This document shows positions 1 through 13,925 of a DNA stretch of 64,000 nucleotides, piece after piece. The first letter of the stretch is position 1; each line of letters starts with the position of its first letter. Source of the DNA: Cyanophora paradoxa CCMP329 (taxonomy: Eukaryota; Plantae; Glaucophyta); NCBI GenBank assembly GCA_004431415.1, contig QPMI01000059.1, positions 62,001 to 126,000 of the forward strand. Direction: 5' to 3'. Both the position numbers and the translations under genes were made by a program. A model generated the notes under the pieces. It did not search any database. It was not told where the DNA came from and was given only the letters and a program-made list of their open reading frames with translations.

Positions 1-399
1 GGCGCCCCCCGCGGCGCCTTTCGAGCGACGACCGCGAGGATGAAACCGAAGGCGATTGCGAGGCTGAGGGCGTCGACCCGCCGAGCCTGGAGACAGCGTC
101 GACCAGCCCCAGCTGCAGCAGCGAAGAGTGCGAGACGGCGCCGGCACCGGACGCGTGGACGCCCGCGCGCTCCAGCTGCTACCATATGCATGGCCATATG
201 CATGGCCAGCCCCCCTCCGACGAGCTGATCATGTGCATGATCATGAGGCGCGATCGATATCGCGACGTGCGCTTCCAAGCCATGCCCGCAGTCTGCGGTC
301 GCCTCGTCGACATGGTTTGCCCCCCTCGCGAGCGGCGGGTTCCGATCACGAATCTTTAAGCCACTAGCCTAGTAGCGTTTTAGTTTATTCCAACTCCTG

Positions 400-1602
400 A
401 TGTTGACGTTGGTTGGACGTGATTCAGATTTGGAGGGCAATCGTGGCGACGCCGACAGCGAAGCAGCCGACGTCGCGTGGGCTGTTCGGGCGTGTTCGGG
501 GCACACAAGCGGCCTGTGGCGTGGGGCGGATTGTGGGGGCAGCCCTCGGGATTGCAGGGACGGGTCGTATGCATCCAACCGCCGTCAGTTTTGCCCAGTA
601 CGAGGTGCCATATGCATCAGTGCTGTGTCCCTGCTTCAAACGTTGCGTCGAGTTTTATTTTCTGATCATGAGCGTTTGCCTCATGATCAGCTTCTTCACA
701 ACGCCCTTCACCGGGCCGTTACCATGGATGATGTCTGGTCCCTGGGCGACGCTAGCGCCCTTGCGAAAGCGAATTTCGAGGTGGACGCGCGCGGCACCGG
801 CGCTTTTTCTCGCCCTACATTCGAGAAATCGATCCTCGACCTCGTTTACGCTTTGATTGCCGCAACCGCCCGCACACCGCCCCTCATTCTCTCCATCCGC
901 TGCATCGCCGCCGGCGCCGGCCTCCCCGACGACCTCCCCACCGCCTTCCTCTTCTGCATTGCCCAGGTTTGAATTCTCTGTTAACGTTGGCTTACGTGCA
1001 ACCCCTCATGATCACCTAACAATATTCTATCAGACAATCACGACGGGTTCTCCGCCGTGGCCCGCGGCCGCTCTCCGCGCCTCTTCGAATCTCTCGGGAT
1101 TCAGCCGCGCGCACGAGACCGACACCGCTTCCGTTGACGTCGATCCTTCGAATCCCCCGCTCCGCCTTCGTTCGATATTCGGTGCGTGTACATTTACGCC
1201 ACGTTTTTATTCGATTTCTGAGTAACTTCGAACCGAACAATTGTTTTTGGCTCCTTCGGCCTCTCACCGGTGTTTGTCCACGCAGGCGTACCCGTCGGGG
1301 CCTGCTCCCCGCGGGGCGTTCCGCGCATTTTGAGCGAGCACCAGCTCCCAGCTACTACGTACCCCGGCGCCGGCCTTCGTCCCGCCTCCATCGATATCGC
1401 GCCTCTGGAGCAGTCCCCTCGCTCCGGACCCGGAATCGTCTCCTCTTCCGCCTGCAACGGGCGGGTCGGCCTGCAGCGAGCGGCCCTCGAGAACCGTCTC
1501 AGGGGCCTCCTGCGTGGCCCGGCCCCGCGCAAGCCCCGCTCCCCCTCCAGCCCCCACGTACACGATGTCCATGCCATGGCAATGATGTATACTTTGCAGT
1601 AA
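400..1602 (+). CDS. Possible intron-containing host gene of unknown function (boundaries uncertain)
   Basis: Three consecutive ORF segments (400-972, 857-1225, 1270-1602) joined by plausible GT..AG introns near 967-1033 and 1182-1285; no recognisable domain. Confidence 0.3.
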
Positions 1603-2343
1603 TTTGAGGCAGATCTAGATCTAGCTATAGATATCGATTTACGTAGCAATGTATAGCTAACTTCAAGGCTTAGTAAATCGTCGTGTCTATTTGTTCACGG
1701 TCAAGTTTCGTATACGTAGCTCTACATCATACACAGCTCATACACGTCGTACAGAGTATCTTCCGTTTTTTCGCATTGTGTCTGCATCTGAATCAGTCCA
1801 TAATCAGTCCACAATTATATAATCGCGTCCTTTGTTCTTCGCGTCCATAATCAGTATTTCCAACGGTCTCCAGTTCTCAGTTTAGCCCTTTTGAATCGCA
1901 CCTTAAGTACTAGTACTGCGATGTATCAAGGGCATCAATCGCGATGTATATGGAAGCTGCTCGAGCTCGCTGAGTCATTGATCGCGACGTGCCTCGGTTC
2001 GTTTCGAGGCCTACTAGGCTACTACTAGGCTAGGGGGGCTCTCGAATTCGGAGTCAAATTAAATGGCTTCAATTGATCTAGTTAACGTTCTACATCCAGC
2101 TACTCGCCATCGCGGCCTCCCCGAGAAAACATTAACCTTAAAGCTTAGAATTCAATGATTAATTATATAAGCTTGGTGGTCTAGATCTTTGATATCCCTT
2201 GAGCTAAGCTAAGGCCAAGAGCCTGAGCTTAGCTTAGGCGAAGTCCGTTGCTCAATTAATATTACTAAACTGACTAAACTGAGCACAACCAAACTGAACA
2301 ACAGCTAACGGCGCCGGCCCGGCGTGGGGCGGGGCTGTTCGTT

Positions 2344-5074
2344 CTACTCCAGCCTCCAGCGCCCGCCGAGGAGGGGCCGGATGGCGCCCCAGTCCGACTC
2401 GTCGCCCTCGCGCCGGGCGAGCACGAGGTCCCCGGGGGCCGGGCCGGGGCGAGCCGCCATGGACGCGAGCGGGGCCAGCGCCGCGAGCTTACGTCTGCTG
2501 GCGGCCACTACACCGACCGGCTCCGCCAGAATCAGCGACGCGCGGCGCAAGCGCGTGCAGGCCGCCAGCGCCGTGCACTCCTCCAGCGCGGGGTACATCT
2601 CCTCACGGACGTACTCCTCCAGCGTGTTCTAAGCGTGCGGCAATCACAGGTGCACGAAGGCAAACAAGAAAAGATTGCACAAGCATAAGAACTGCACCTT
2701 CGCGGCGCGGAGTACAGAGGCGTGGGCGTCCGCAAGCCTCCAGCCCGCGAAGCCCCGAAGAGGGACCGAGTGGGATGAAGGGGGGGACACGAACAGGAGG
2801 GAGCGTAGCGAGGGGACGGAGGGCAGGGCCGCGGCGAGGGCGGTGAGGGCGGCGGCAAGACCACCAGGAGAAGAGGCCAGGTGCTCGCGATCTTGCGACA
2901 AGCCCGCGTGGATATCGATTGAGAGGCGCTCGAGGGCGGTGAAGTGGGGTAGAGCGGCCAGACACTCGGGGGACAACTCAACGCTGCAGGGTATATATTA
3001 TGCTGATAATGAGAGATGGACGACGTGCGGCAGGCCCAGGACCGGGGGAGACGCACGGGCCGATCGCGAGGTTCAACGAACGGAGCTGCGAGCAGTGTAC
3101 ATGTAATCAGAGTGCAAACAGTACTATTAAAAAAGTTGCATGAGCGAAGAAATCTAAAGGAGAGAGGCGAGACTCTGAGAGGCCTAGCTAAAAATATATG
3201 GCAGTACCTGCGTAGCAGAAGCAAAATCCATCCAGCCTTTGAGCCCCCCCGCTAGAGTCAAGCTCCGCAGAGTATCCTGTGAAGCGACGTTAGAAATCGG
3301 GAGTAGTACGTCAAAAAAAGCGATGGAAGGGGCGCGCGATGCGAGCAATGGAATGCAGGAGGGCGGCCGCGGGCTCATCTCGACCATAGCCAACGATCTC
3401 GAGCTCCTCGAGGCGCGGAGAGGCGAACTGGTGAGCGCACGCAGGGGTTTGCTTGTAAGAGAAGTGAAGATCTAGCTATATATAGAATTCAAAGGTAGAA
3501 GACCTAGATCTAGAGGGAGCTTGCACCTCGGGCAGAGCTCTGACGGGGCCATCGATGCCGAAAGTGCGGAGGCCGTCGATGCCACAGAGCGCTTCAAGGG
3601 CGCCAGCATCGACGAACGTGACGCGGAGCTCCTAATTATATATGTAAGAAAATGGGGCCGGGGGAGCTGGCGTCAAATTTAAATGGAGCTCTAGCGGATG
3701 GGGCGAGGGCCCGGACCCCGAGAATGGGGCAGAGGCGCCTGATGGCAGAGGCGAGGTCGCTCTGTGAGGACGCATTCTCCGGGAAGGAATGATCAATTGA
3801 CCTGTAACCCCAAACATTTGTCCTCATGATCACGGAAAAGTGTGAAACCCGGAGCGAGCGCAGTCTAACGATCGCCGGTGCGATCTGAGCCCCAATCAGG
3901 TGCACTACATAGCTATTCGCATGTGCACTAGTGCAAGAAGCAAGAGCGGACCTCATCCAGGAGCTCGGCGGAGAAGCCAATGCAGTCAGCGAGGTCGAGG
4001 CTCCGGAGGGCCGTCAGCCGCCGCAGCCCCGCCACGATCGCCTCGCGTTCCGGCCCCCCTGAAGGCCATTATAATAAGACAATGCGGCTTGGGTTCGATG
4101 CGGAACGCACGCACGGGGCAGGCACTGGCGATCCTTGACCTCGATGGTCTGGAGGCGGATGCTCAGCTCCTCGAGGGTGCCGGCCACAGGCGCCAGGGCC
4201 TCTAGCAGCGCCCCGATGTACTCGTGTCGCGTCTTCGTGCCCGCTTGCAGGGACCGCGCTCTCGTGTCTGCATGGGGTACAACATCCCTGTGCGTATTTG
4301 TCTAAATATCAGCGGTAGCGGCCGCGGGCGCCGGCGGGCGCGGCCGCATGCGCAGCATTCGATATTCGTACCCATGCCAGGCGAAAAACCGGCGGAGCCC
4401 GTGGATCGAAGCGATGATCGAGCGGAAGGGCTTGACCATATGCATGGAGAGCTCCTGGCCATGGCTTGAAAGTGAAGAGCTCGAGCAAGCGCTAGCTATA
4501 GCGCTTGAGCTCGAGCTCGAAGGTTGGAGAGATTCATCGTCAGATCTGTACATGTACATTTTCAGAATTTCAAACCGGAGCAGATACGCGTGCGCTTGCA
4601 CCTGCGTCCGCTGTTTGCAGTGCGCTGCGGGCGCCACATATGCATGACCACCTCCAGCGCGCCGCCGGCCGCGAGCCGCAGCACTCCCGACTGCAGGCGC
4701 TGCGCCCACGACTCGAGCTCGGCCTCGCGCACGCCAAGCTGCCGCGAGAGCCCGATCCGCCGCCCTCGAAGGACGAGGGCGTCAAACTCGGTCGACGCCA
4801 GGACTTCGCGCAACCTCCTGCTCACGAGCGGCAGGCGGCATTGCTCCCACGCCTCCCATGACCCAAGACAAACGATGACGCGCTTGAGCAGCTCGTCGGG
4901 CAGCAGCTCAAGCTGGGAAAAGTCCGAAGTGGCACGCGGCCGCGGCACGGTGCCGGCAGCGGGCTCCGCTTGCGCTTCACGCCACCTTTTGTTGCCGGAA
5001 GCTGACTGCTCTTGCGCACCCAAGCTCGCGTCGTCGCCGCTGTCCGCCCTGTCATGCTTCTTGCTGCTGGCCAT
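2344..5074 (-). CDS. F-box-like host protein, multi-exon (3' end approximate)
   Basis: ATG at 5074 (MASSKKHD...); LELLPDELLKRVIVCLGSWEAWEQCRLPLVSRRLREVL fits the F-box pattern LPxELLxxI...LVSRR; Leu-rich downstream exons (LPHFTALERLSIDIH). Confidence 0.55.
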
Positions 5075-5228
5075 GGTCGAGACCGTCGTCTGCGCGACGA
5101 GAATGCGGCGAGCCGGCGCGCTCGCCGATGGGCGCTGCTGCGTGCGTCCGCGGTGGAGCCGCGCAACTCGACCTGTGCAGCCGCGCGATGCTCGGGCTGT
5201 ACCCGGCCGTAGGTCGCTCCCCCTCAAG

Positions 5229-6022
5229 ATGATGTTCTCCGCCTCGGCCCTCGTCAGCGCGCCCGCGCCCGGCGTCCTCCTGCACCACTCTGGCCACCGG
5301 AGCGCCTGCTCAGCCGTCCCGGCTGGCGCTGCCGGCTCCAGCTCGGGCCTGCGCCAGGCGGGCCTGCGCTCGACCTTCGTCGCATCCTCCCAGTACCTCC
5401 GAACGCTCCGGAGCCCCGCCGCCGCCAGCCCGCAGCCCGGACAGGTGCACACGTGCTTGGCGTCCGCTCCCCGCGACCGCTGACCGCCTGGGACGCATCC
5501 CGGCAGGCTTTCCGTGCCGAGGCATCGTCCGCGATCATCGCGGCCGCCGGCCTCGATGCCTGTGCGCGGCCGCCGCGTCGCCGCTACCGCCGCGCGCCGG
5601 ACCTGCGCGCCGTGCCTCGCCGCCTGACGCGCCGCGCGCAGCGACGACCTCGATCGTCGGGACCGTCGCTCTCCTCGGCGGCATCACGGCGGCCGCCGTC
5701 TGGGCCATCCTCAAGAGCACGGACCCCGCCCGCGTCGACGAGGCGCGCCCTGCAGCCGCGCGCGCCGCCGCGCGGCCTCAAGCGAAGCTTTCGCCGCGCG
5801 CAGCGCATCGCGACGTCTCTGGACGAGCAGCGCGAGATGATGATGAAGAACAGCAACCGGCAGCAGCGGCGGCAGCTCGAGAAGATGAAGAAGAAGGACA
5901 AGGACATGAAGAAGGTCCGCCGGCGCCCCCGCCCGCGCCCCCGCCCGCGCCCGCACCCCCGCCGGCGTTCGCCTCGCATCCAATCCGAAGCTCACACGAG
6001 CCGCCCGCAGGTCAAGTTCTGA
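5229..6022 (+). CDS. Small, probably plastid-targeted membrane protein, multi-exon
   Basis: MMFSASALVSAPAP...LRSTFV is Ser/Ala-rich with an early Phe (transit-peptide-like); hydrophobic exon IVGTVALLGGITAAAVWAIL; basic tail KMKKKDKDMKK; short GT..CAG introns. Confidence 0.45.
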
Positions 6023-6615
6023 GCTCGAGCGTGGCGCGCGCGCCCCTCGAGGGCCTTGGGCGCCTGCGGCCCCTTTCTGCGTCCCGGCCGGCGCCCCGCC
6101 CTCGCCTTTGGGCCGCGGCCGGCGCCCAGCGGCGGCCGCGCCGAGCGCCGCCGGCTTGGGCGCCTCTTCCCTTTTTCCCGCGCCGCGCCGCGCCGCGCCC
6201 CGCCCCGCCCTCGCTGAGCGTTAGCTGCGGCGCATCAGGCTAGCTCCTTCTGTAGCTGTAGTGTCCTCGCAATCGCATATGAAACGTTGACGCGCTGCGG
6301 CGCACGAGCTCTGCGGCTGTGCACCTAATTTAAGGACCTTGCTGACTGGGCTCTAGCTAAGGACTCTCGTATATCTTGTGTGCAAGCTGCCGCCCGCGGC
6401 ACCCATGCCGGCGCCATGCCCCGTCCACGTCGACATGTATGTCTCCTCAGGAAAACACACGGCACAAATAAAATGCGCAAGCGCACCCATAAGCTTAATC
6501 TGCACTAATTAATCCACTAGAAGGCGATCTCGATCGCAAAGGCCAGGCGCCAGAGCTATCTCAAGGCGACGGGCTCGAGGGGAGCGTCCGCCGGCTTTGA
6601 ATTCAGGGGGTACCG

Positions 6616-9600
6616 CTATCTGAAGGACTCCTGCTGAAAAGAGACCGGCTGCCTCACCGCGTCGCCCGCGGCGCCCGCCCCCGAGCGCGGCCGCGGCGGC
6701 TCGGGCGCCGACCCGCCCTGCGATCGAATTCCGGCGCTCAGTCCCGGGCGCGCCGGCGTGACGTCACGAGCGAGAGGGAGAAAAGAATATCGCACCCCGG
6801 CACCCCCGAGGACGGCGTGGAAAGCAGAGGCAGCCATCGCGTCGTCGTTGGGGCGCGCCCCGTTCCGCACGGGTACAGAGCGCACGCGCGCCACCGACGC
6901 CGGCATCCTGCGCGCCCGTACCCCCCTCGCGATCAGGCCCGACCGATCGGTCTAAAAATGGATTGCCGGGGGGTACCGCGTCGCCTGGGCGACCTGGGCC
7001 TTCGTCATCGCCTTCAGGCGCGCAATGTAGTCGACCTGCGCATGGGAGCGGGTGCGTGAGAAGTTGCGTACCCCTCGGAGGGGAAGCTGGGGCGGGGGGG
7101 GGGGGGGGCGGGCGGGGGAAGGACCTTGGGGAAATCCTGGTAGTCGAACCTGCGGACGGGGAAAGGCGCCGAGCTCAGGCAACGTCCGTAAGCAGTACCC
7201 CCCCCGCCCGGAAAAAAGCAAAGCGAGAGCCAATCTAAAGATCTAGAGGAATAGACGGCTCGAACGACCCCGCCCTCCTGCCTTCCCCTCCTCTCCCACT
7301 TCCCGCGCGCCTTCCAGCTAGAGTTCCCCTCCTCTCCCGCCTAGGATCCGAGCCTTGCCACTCCTTCCCCCCCCCCTTCCAGCTAGAGTACCCCCCCGCA
7401 CCCGAAGGGGTTGTCGAGCTCCTCGTGGATGCCGAGTAGCGACTCGTACACGAACTGGTTGAACCTGCGGGGCCGGGACCGGGCGGGGGGTACGTGAGAG
7501 GGGGGAGGGTAGAGGAGGTCAGATGAGGACGCGGATCAGGTGAGGACAGGACACGCTAGAGTGGGGACACTAGATCCAGAGTGTTTAGCGTAGAGCGGGG
7601 GGCGCGGGCGGGGCCGAAGGCCGACACGATTCGAAGTCCAGCCCGTCTCTAGCCCATCTAGGAAGCTCTCCGGGCGGGCCCCGGCGGCCGGCCGGCAGGC
7701 ATCGGGGCCCCCAGGCCCGCCCGGAGAGCTTCATTAGATGGGCGTCATTACCGGTAGAGCTAGATTCGTGGTGCGGGCGAGCTAGAGCTAGAGCGGACAG
7801 CTGGGTGAGCTTTCTCTATTCTAGATCTAGTTCGAGGGCGGCGGCACCATATGATGAAGAAGCCCATGACAAGGCGCTCAGCGGCGCGCAGATGGAAGCC
7901 CACCGCCAGTACCGACGCCGCGTACTGCGCATGCGTGCACGCGGTCAGCAGGGAGGGGCGGGGCGGGAGGCCAGCAGGGAGGGAGGGCCCCGGGGCCCGC
8001 CCGATCCGGAGAAACAGGGGGGGGGGGGGGGGGGGGGGGAGCGGCACAAGCCCTCTCTCTCTCCGGGGCGGGGCGGGGCGGGCGCGGAGGCGTGTGCGGC
8101 GGCGGGGCGGCGGCGGGCGGGCGGAGGGGGCGCACGAGGGTGACGAAGAGGAGGTGGATGGATAGATAGACGCTATACGTCTTCTACTAAGGACGCTAGT
8201 ATTATTAGCGTCTATTATTAGTGTCTATTTCTATAAGCGTCAAATACCCCGCTATGGTCTATCTATCCTTAGCCCCGCGGCCTAACTAACTATTCAGAGC
8301 GAGGCCCCGGAGGGCGCACGAGGGTGACGAAGAGGAGGTGGATCTTGGTGACGAGGGTCACCAGGTGGCTGTACGCGAACGGCACCTGTACCCAGGGGCG
8401 TTAAAGGGGGGGGGGGAGCGGGGGGGGGCGGAGCGGGGGCTAAAGACGTCCGGCTATGTATAGAACGCCACGCCCTCCCGGCATGGGGAGGCGGGGCCGA
8501 GCCGCCCGCTCGCGCCGCTCGCGCCGCTCGCGCTAAGAAGCCCGGCTATGCTTAAAACGCCACGCACGGGGGGGAGTGGGGAGGGGGGGAGGAGGGAAGG
8601 CGTCACGGGGGCTAGGACGCCCGGCCGAGCCGCCCGCGCCCCGGCCCCCGCCCGTCCCCTCGCTCGCCCCCCGGGCCTCGTCCGCCCCCCGCCCTCTCCC
8701 CTCGCCCCCCGGCGAATCTCAGGGGAACGTCGGCGTCACGGGGCGCTGAGAGGGGGCCACCTCCTCCCCGGCCGAGCCGCCCGCTCGCGGCTTGTCCGCC
8801 CCCCGCCTCCCACTCTCCGCCTCCCGCCCTCTCCCCTCGCCCCTCTCTCCCTCATGGGGGCGTCACGGGGCACAAAGAGGAGAGGCCCCCCCCCCCCTCC
8901 CCCCCCTCCCCCCCCTCCTGGCGCACCTGGGTGTTGATGACCATAAAGATGTCGGCGGCGCTCCCCCGCATGACCGTCACGTCCCCTGCCCGCGCCCAGG
9001 GCCAGATTCAAGAGATTCAACAGGGGCGTCGCGGGTCGTAGATAGGTATATAGATAGATAGATAGATACAGCGAGACCGCTATCTAAAGATGGGGCGCTT
9101 TCTAGACAGAGGCGTCGTGGCCGCGCCCTGGAGGACGGGGAGCATTCAAGAGATTCAAGACGACAACGGCGTCGCGGGTCGTACATAGATAGGTAAAAGA
9201 TAGGTAGATACAGCGAGAGCGCTCTCTAGCCGGGCTTCTTGACGCTTTTTGCTTAAGCTTCTTGAAGTGAACAGAGCTTAAGACTTCCCTCGAGCTTTCT
9301 AGAGGAGGGGCCGGGCCGCACCCTGGAGGATGGGGAGCATGGCCTGCCAGGCGGCGAGGCGGCCCGTGAGCGCGCACTCCCGCAGCAGCGAGGAGACCCA
9401 GCTGTACACGATCTGCGCGGCTTCTTAGCTTCGAATTCTTAAAAGATGTTAAGCTTCTAAAGCTCCCAAACTCTACACGATCTGCGCGGCTTCTTAGCTT
9501 CTTCTGCTAAAGCTTCTTAACCTTCTAGAGCTTCTAAAGCTCTTAACCGGTACACGATCTGCGCGGCGTGACCAGCCGGCGTGGGCGCTCTTAACAGCGT

Positions 9601-11718
9601 GATGGAGAGGAGGTGTATCTCTATCTGGAACCTGCTCCGAGCGCTATGAAGAAGCTATGAGGTTTATAAAGAGCTTCTAAAGACCCTCGGGGGGGCTGAC
9701 TTCTTTCTATTTCCTCCGCCGCCCTCGCAGGCCCGCCCTCCCCTCCCCTCCCGCCCCTCGAGCCCACCCAGGGCCTCCCCCACCCCTCCTCCTTCCGGCC
9801 TCTGCCCTGCCCCGCCCTGGACGCACCTGCCACTTGCCGGGGAGGTCCTGCAGCAGGTCCCACTCCTCCTGCGTCACGAGCGGGTCCGGGCCCTCCAGCA
9901 GCTCCCCGTAGATCTCCTGTTAAGAGAGGTTTTGTCAGTTTCAAGCAGAGGAGCTCAGGGCGAAGCCGCCGAGAAGCCAAGGAGAGGGGCGCACGGCCTG
10001 CTTCTCGGGGGAGAGGACGGCCGGCTCCGTCGAGGCCTGCTTGTTCAGGAGCACGTGCGCCAGGTTCAGGTACCTGTTGAAATTCGAATGAAGATCCTAA
10101 CAGAAGCTAATAAAGGGTTTGACGGCGGCGAAGGAGCTAATCATCTTCGAGGGGACGCTTCCCAAGCGGGCGGGCGGACCGTATGAGCGTCTCGCGGGCC
10201 TGGACAGTCTCCTCGTCGTCCCCCACAATGTCTGCGGGGAGGGCGGGGCGCATTAAGAGAGGAAGAGGGGGGGGGGGGGGAAGAGTGGGGGACGTCTAAT
10301 CCGAGGCCTCCTCGAGGCCCTTCCCTAGAGGGGGGGGGGGGGGGGGGGCGTCCGCGCACAGCTCGTGATGAGAAGGGTGAGGTTGTTGCTCCGCCCGATG
10401 AGGCCCTGCGGGGGTACACGGTCGGTCAGCGTACCGCCTCCCGGACCCCCGACGCCGACCGGCCTGGAGGGGGTACGGCTCTAGCTAGCTAGCTAGCCGG
10501 CTCTCAGATAGCCCATCGTCTGGCTGGCTAGCCCGTCAACTAGCTGGCGGCTCTAGCAAATTGGCGCTCAGATCTGAGCGGCGCAGGCTCGCTCGGACCT
10601 GGAGGAGGGTACGGCACGACCACCAGCGCGAAAAAGTGATGTTCACGAAGAACGAGAGCTGCGGGGAGGGGGGGGGGTACGCCGTCAGACGCAGCGGGGC
10701 GAGCAACCCCGCGGCTATCCGGCGAGCCAGCCCTAGAGCCGCTGAGCGGGGAGCTAAGACAGAAAGGAGGGGGAGGGGGGAGGGATGGGGCGGATGGGAG
10801 AGTGGGGCTGGAGGGGGGTACGGCGCACGAGGAATGCCGCGATGGAAGTGAACATCAGCGCCTCGGGGTTAGTCTGCGGGCGGGTACGGCGTTAAGTCAG
10901 GTTCGGTATTGTACGGGGGCGGGGGGGGAGGCGCACGAGGGGTATGCAGATGGTCCAGGATCCTTCGTTCGGCTGCTGCTTCCAGTCCGAGCGCTCGACC
11001 TGTAGCCCGGCTGGAACGGAGGGGGAGAAAATCTTAGGGTTACGGAATCGCACATCGCAGTGGAAGTAGCCGATAACTGCGAACGATGAAGGGGGGTACA
11101 GTGATATCAGATGCAATTGGGCGCGCAGGCTTCAGAGCGCAGACAGCGTACCCGTGGCGCAGCCCGTCATAATGCAGCCAAGAATGACGGTCCGGCGTGA
11201 GATCGCGGTACCCGAGAAGACCTGGGGGGTACACAGAGAACATCAGGGCGTGGACGATCGGTCGCCTAGATCGGGGCGAACCTGGAGGAATGCCCAAGTG
11301 AACAGATCCTTAACGTTGTACCGGAGAATGTTGTGGCCCGTCGGGTCCATCTGATAGGGGTACGGTGAGGCAAGGGGGCTACTGCGGCTGATCGGGTGGG
11401 GAGGGGGGGGGGGGGGGGGAGACCTTTAGGTGGGGGTGCAGGAACCGCGAGATTCTGCGAGGCAGGGGTACGGAGTGAGGCGAGGCGAGATTCGGAGGTT
11501 GCGGCGAAGGAGGGGGGTACGGCACCGCTGCTTGCGGGTCATCGTGTTCCGGTTGATACCCTGCTCGAAGCGCTGGTCCGCCTGCGCGAATTCGATCCGC
11601 GGTCAGCGGAACGGAATGGAATTTGATCGGAATTTGATCCGAGCACCAGCTCGTCAAGGTAGGTAAGCAGGCTGGTGCTGTTGGACTTGCGGCGCTGGCG
11701 CTTCTTTGGAGAGATCAT
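6616..11718 (-). CDS. Bestrophin-family anion channel, many short exons (3' end approximate)
   Basis: Minus-strand exons read in bestrophin order: LSFFVNITFSRWW (~10620-10660), RYLNLAHVLL (~10045-10075), VPFAYSHLVTLVTKIHLL (~8320-8387), LLGIHEELDNPFG (~7402-7445); ATG at 11718. Confidence 0.75.
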
Positions 11719-12443
11719 CTGCGGGAAGCGGCGCGGCGCCAGCGTCGGTCGCCAGTAGAATTATTGTGAAGCGATGTTGGAATAGTTGAAACGCGCACCG
11801 CAATGGAGGGGCTTGCCCCGTTGATCTGGGCAGCGGGCTGCGAATTCGAAACGAAGCGTTTCAGCGCGGCTCAAGCCGGGCGCGACCCCCCTCGGCGCAG
11901 AGGCGCCGCGTTCTTCTCTCTTTTCACGTTATTGAGCTTGAGCGAGCGGTTCAGCACCGGCGGGCCGCCGCTCTGGCGGCGAGGCGACCTCATCCGCATC
12001 GGAGGGGCGCGCCCAGGCTTATCTAAGCTGAAGGCCCACTGGGGCGCACCGAGAGCAGCTTGCTCGCCCCATTGACGGGGTGAACTGCAGCTGTGTCCAG
12101 CTTGGGCGGCCGGGTTGATGGCGCAGCCTGTATGCTTTTGGCCTCCGCGCCTCCCCCGTCGGGCGCTATGGGTGCGCTCATAGCCCGGCCAACTCCCTTC
12201 TACTGAGCGCTGTCTGCTTGCAATGGAGACTGCGGATTGATCGAGTGTTGCGCAGGTTCCGAACAGGCCTGCGCGCCGGCTGGCTGTGAACTGCTCAGTG
12301 CGGCTGTGTTTGCTCCTTCTGCCGCGCTGCACAGCTGCTGGCAAAGATGCGCGCCGCGAAGTTGCGCCGCAACTTGCGCGAGATGACGGGGTACGCGGCT
12401 CAAGAGCGACGTTCTCAGTCTTCTCGAAGGACCACGATCCGCG

Positions 12444-13925
12444 ATGTCGTCGGCAGCAGGATCGTCAGGATCCGGCGCAGAAGTGAGGTACTGGTGCCAC
12501 GAGTGCCGGAGACACATCAACATTCCGCAGAACACCCCCGAGCCGACCTGCCCGAGGTGCGATTGCCGCGCTGCCGTGACTCAGTCGGATCGACGCCGAT
12601 GCGCGCTTTCCGTTTCCCGCGTACTCCTGTCCTGAGCGCTCCTCAGGTGCAATGGCGGCTTCATAGAAGAGGCGGGCGAGGAGGAAGACGACGCGCAGGA
12701 GCAGCCGGGCGCGGTGCCCTACCCGAACAGCTTTTCATTCCATCTCGGCGGCCCTGGAGGCGCTGGCGGGGACATCTTCGGGGTCTGTCCGCTCCGCGGC
12801 TCGCAAGCGCGCGGTCGCCTGACGCACGCCGACTCTACGCAGCAGCTCCTTCAGTCGGTATTAGGAGCACCTCCACGTCAGTACGGCGCGCCCTCTGGCG
12901 GCGTCCACATGCAGCAGCGAGCAGCGCCTGACGGGGCAGCCGCGGGTCCCGCGAACCCGCACGCGCACCCGCACGGCGAGCCCCAACCGCACGCATTCCA
13001 GCCGCGGCCTCCGACCGACTTCTTAGGGTGCACCTCCTCGCGCCGCTCCGGCTGCCGTGCCCACTCATCCCGCTCTCAGAATCATCAACCAGCTCTTCAA
13101 CGGCCTGGGAATGCCCGGGCAGGGCGGCGGTCCCTTCGGCGGGTTCCCGCCCGGTATGTTCAACATCCCAGGCTTCAGCGTGCAGGTGTGCCCCGCTCTT
13201 CTCCTTTTCTCTTCTTTCTTTCTTGTTCCCCGTGCTCCTTGTGACCTTGGCATGCTTTCAGTATGGAGGCCCCGGCGGCGGCTTCGGGGGACTTGACGAC
13301 GTCATCACGCACATTATGAATACCTACAACGGGTACGCCGCCCGCCTCCGCCCCGGGACGGCGCCCGCATCCTGATTGGACCGCCCCTCTCGGCAGCCCC
13401 GTCGGTACCCCGCCGGCCTCTCGCTCGGCAGTGGACGAGCTCCCTCGGCTAAGCGGCGCCGACCTGGCCCGCCGCAGTGCGCCCCGTACCCGTGTCACCC
13501 TCGCTCCCCCCTTCGTGCCTCACGCGTACCCCCCAGTTGCCCAGGCGAAGGACTCGAAGGTCGAGTGCGCGGTGTGCAAGGACGAGTTTGAAACGGAGGG
13601 CGCCGAAGCGACCGCTGTCGAGCTCGTGCGTATCCCTTGTCCCCCCCCCCGGCGGCCGCTCGTTCCAACCTGTACCCCCCCCCGCAGCCTTGCAAGCACC
13701 TGTACCACTCGGACTGCATCCTACCCTGGTTGCAGCAGGTGCGGGGTACCTCGAGCCCGCAGCCTCGCCGGGCGCTCACGTACCCCGCCCTATGCGCAGC
13801 ACAACTCGTGCCCGGTCTGCCGCTTCGAGCTGAGGACAGACGACCCGGACTACGAGGCGAGGAAAGCGTCGGGGCAGCACCAGCAGGCGGCCGGGGGCCG
13901 CGGGCGGCCGCGGGGCCCCTTCTAG
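12444..13925 (+). CDS. RING-H2 E3 ubiquitin ligase, RNF126/RNF115-like
   Basis: N-terminal Zn ribbon YWCHECRR...PTCPRC|NGGFIEE, LDDVITHIM, PPASRSAVDELP, and spliced RING-H2 CAVCKDEF...PCKHLYHSDCILPWLQQ|HNSCPVCRFELRTDDPDYE. Confidence 0.9.
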
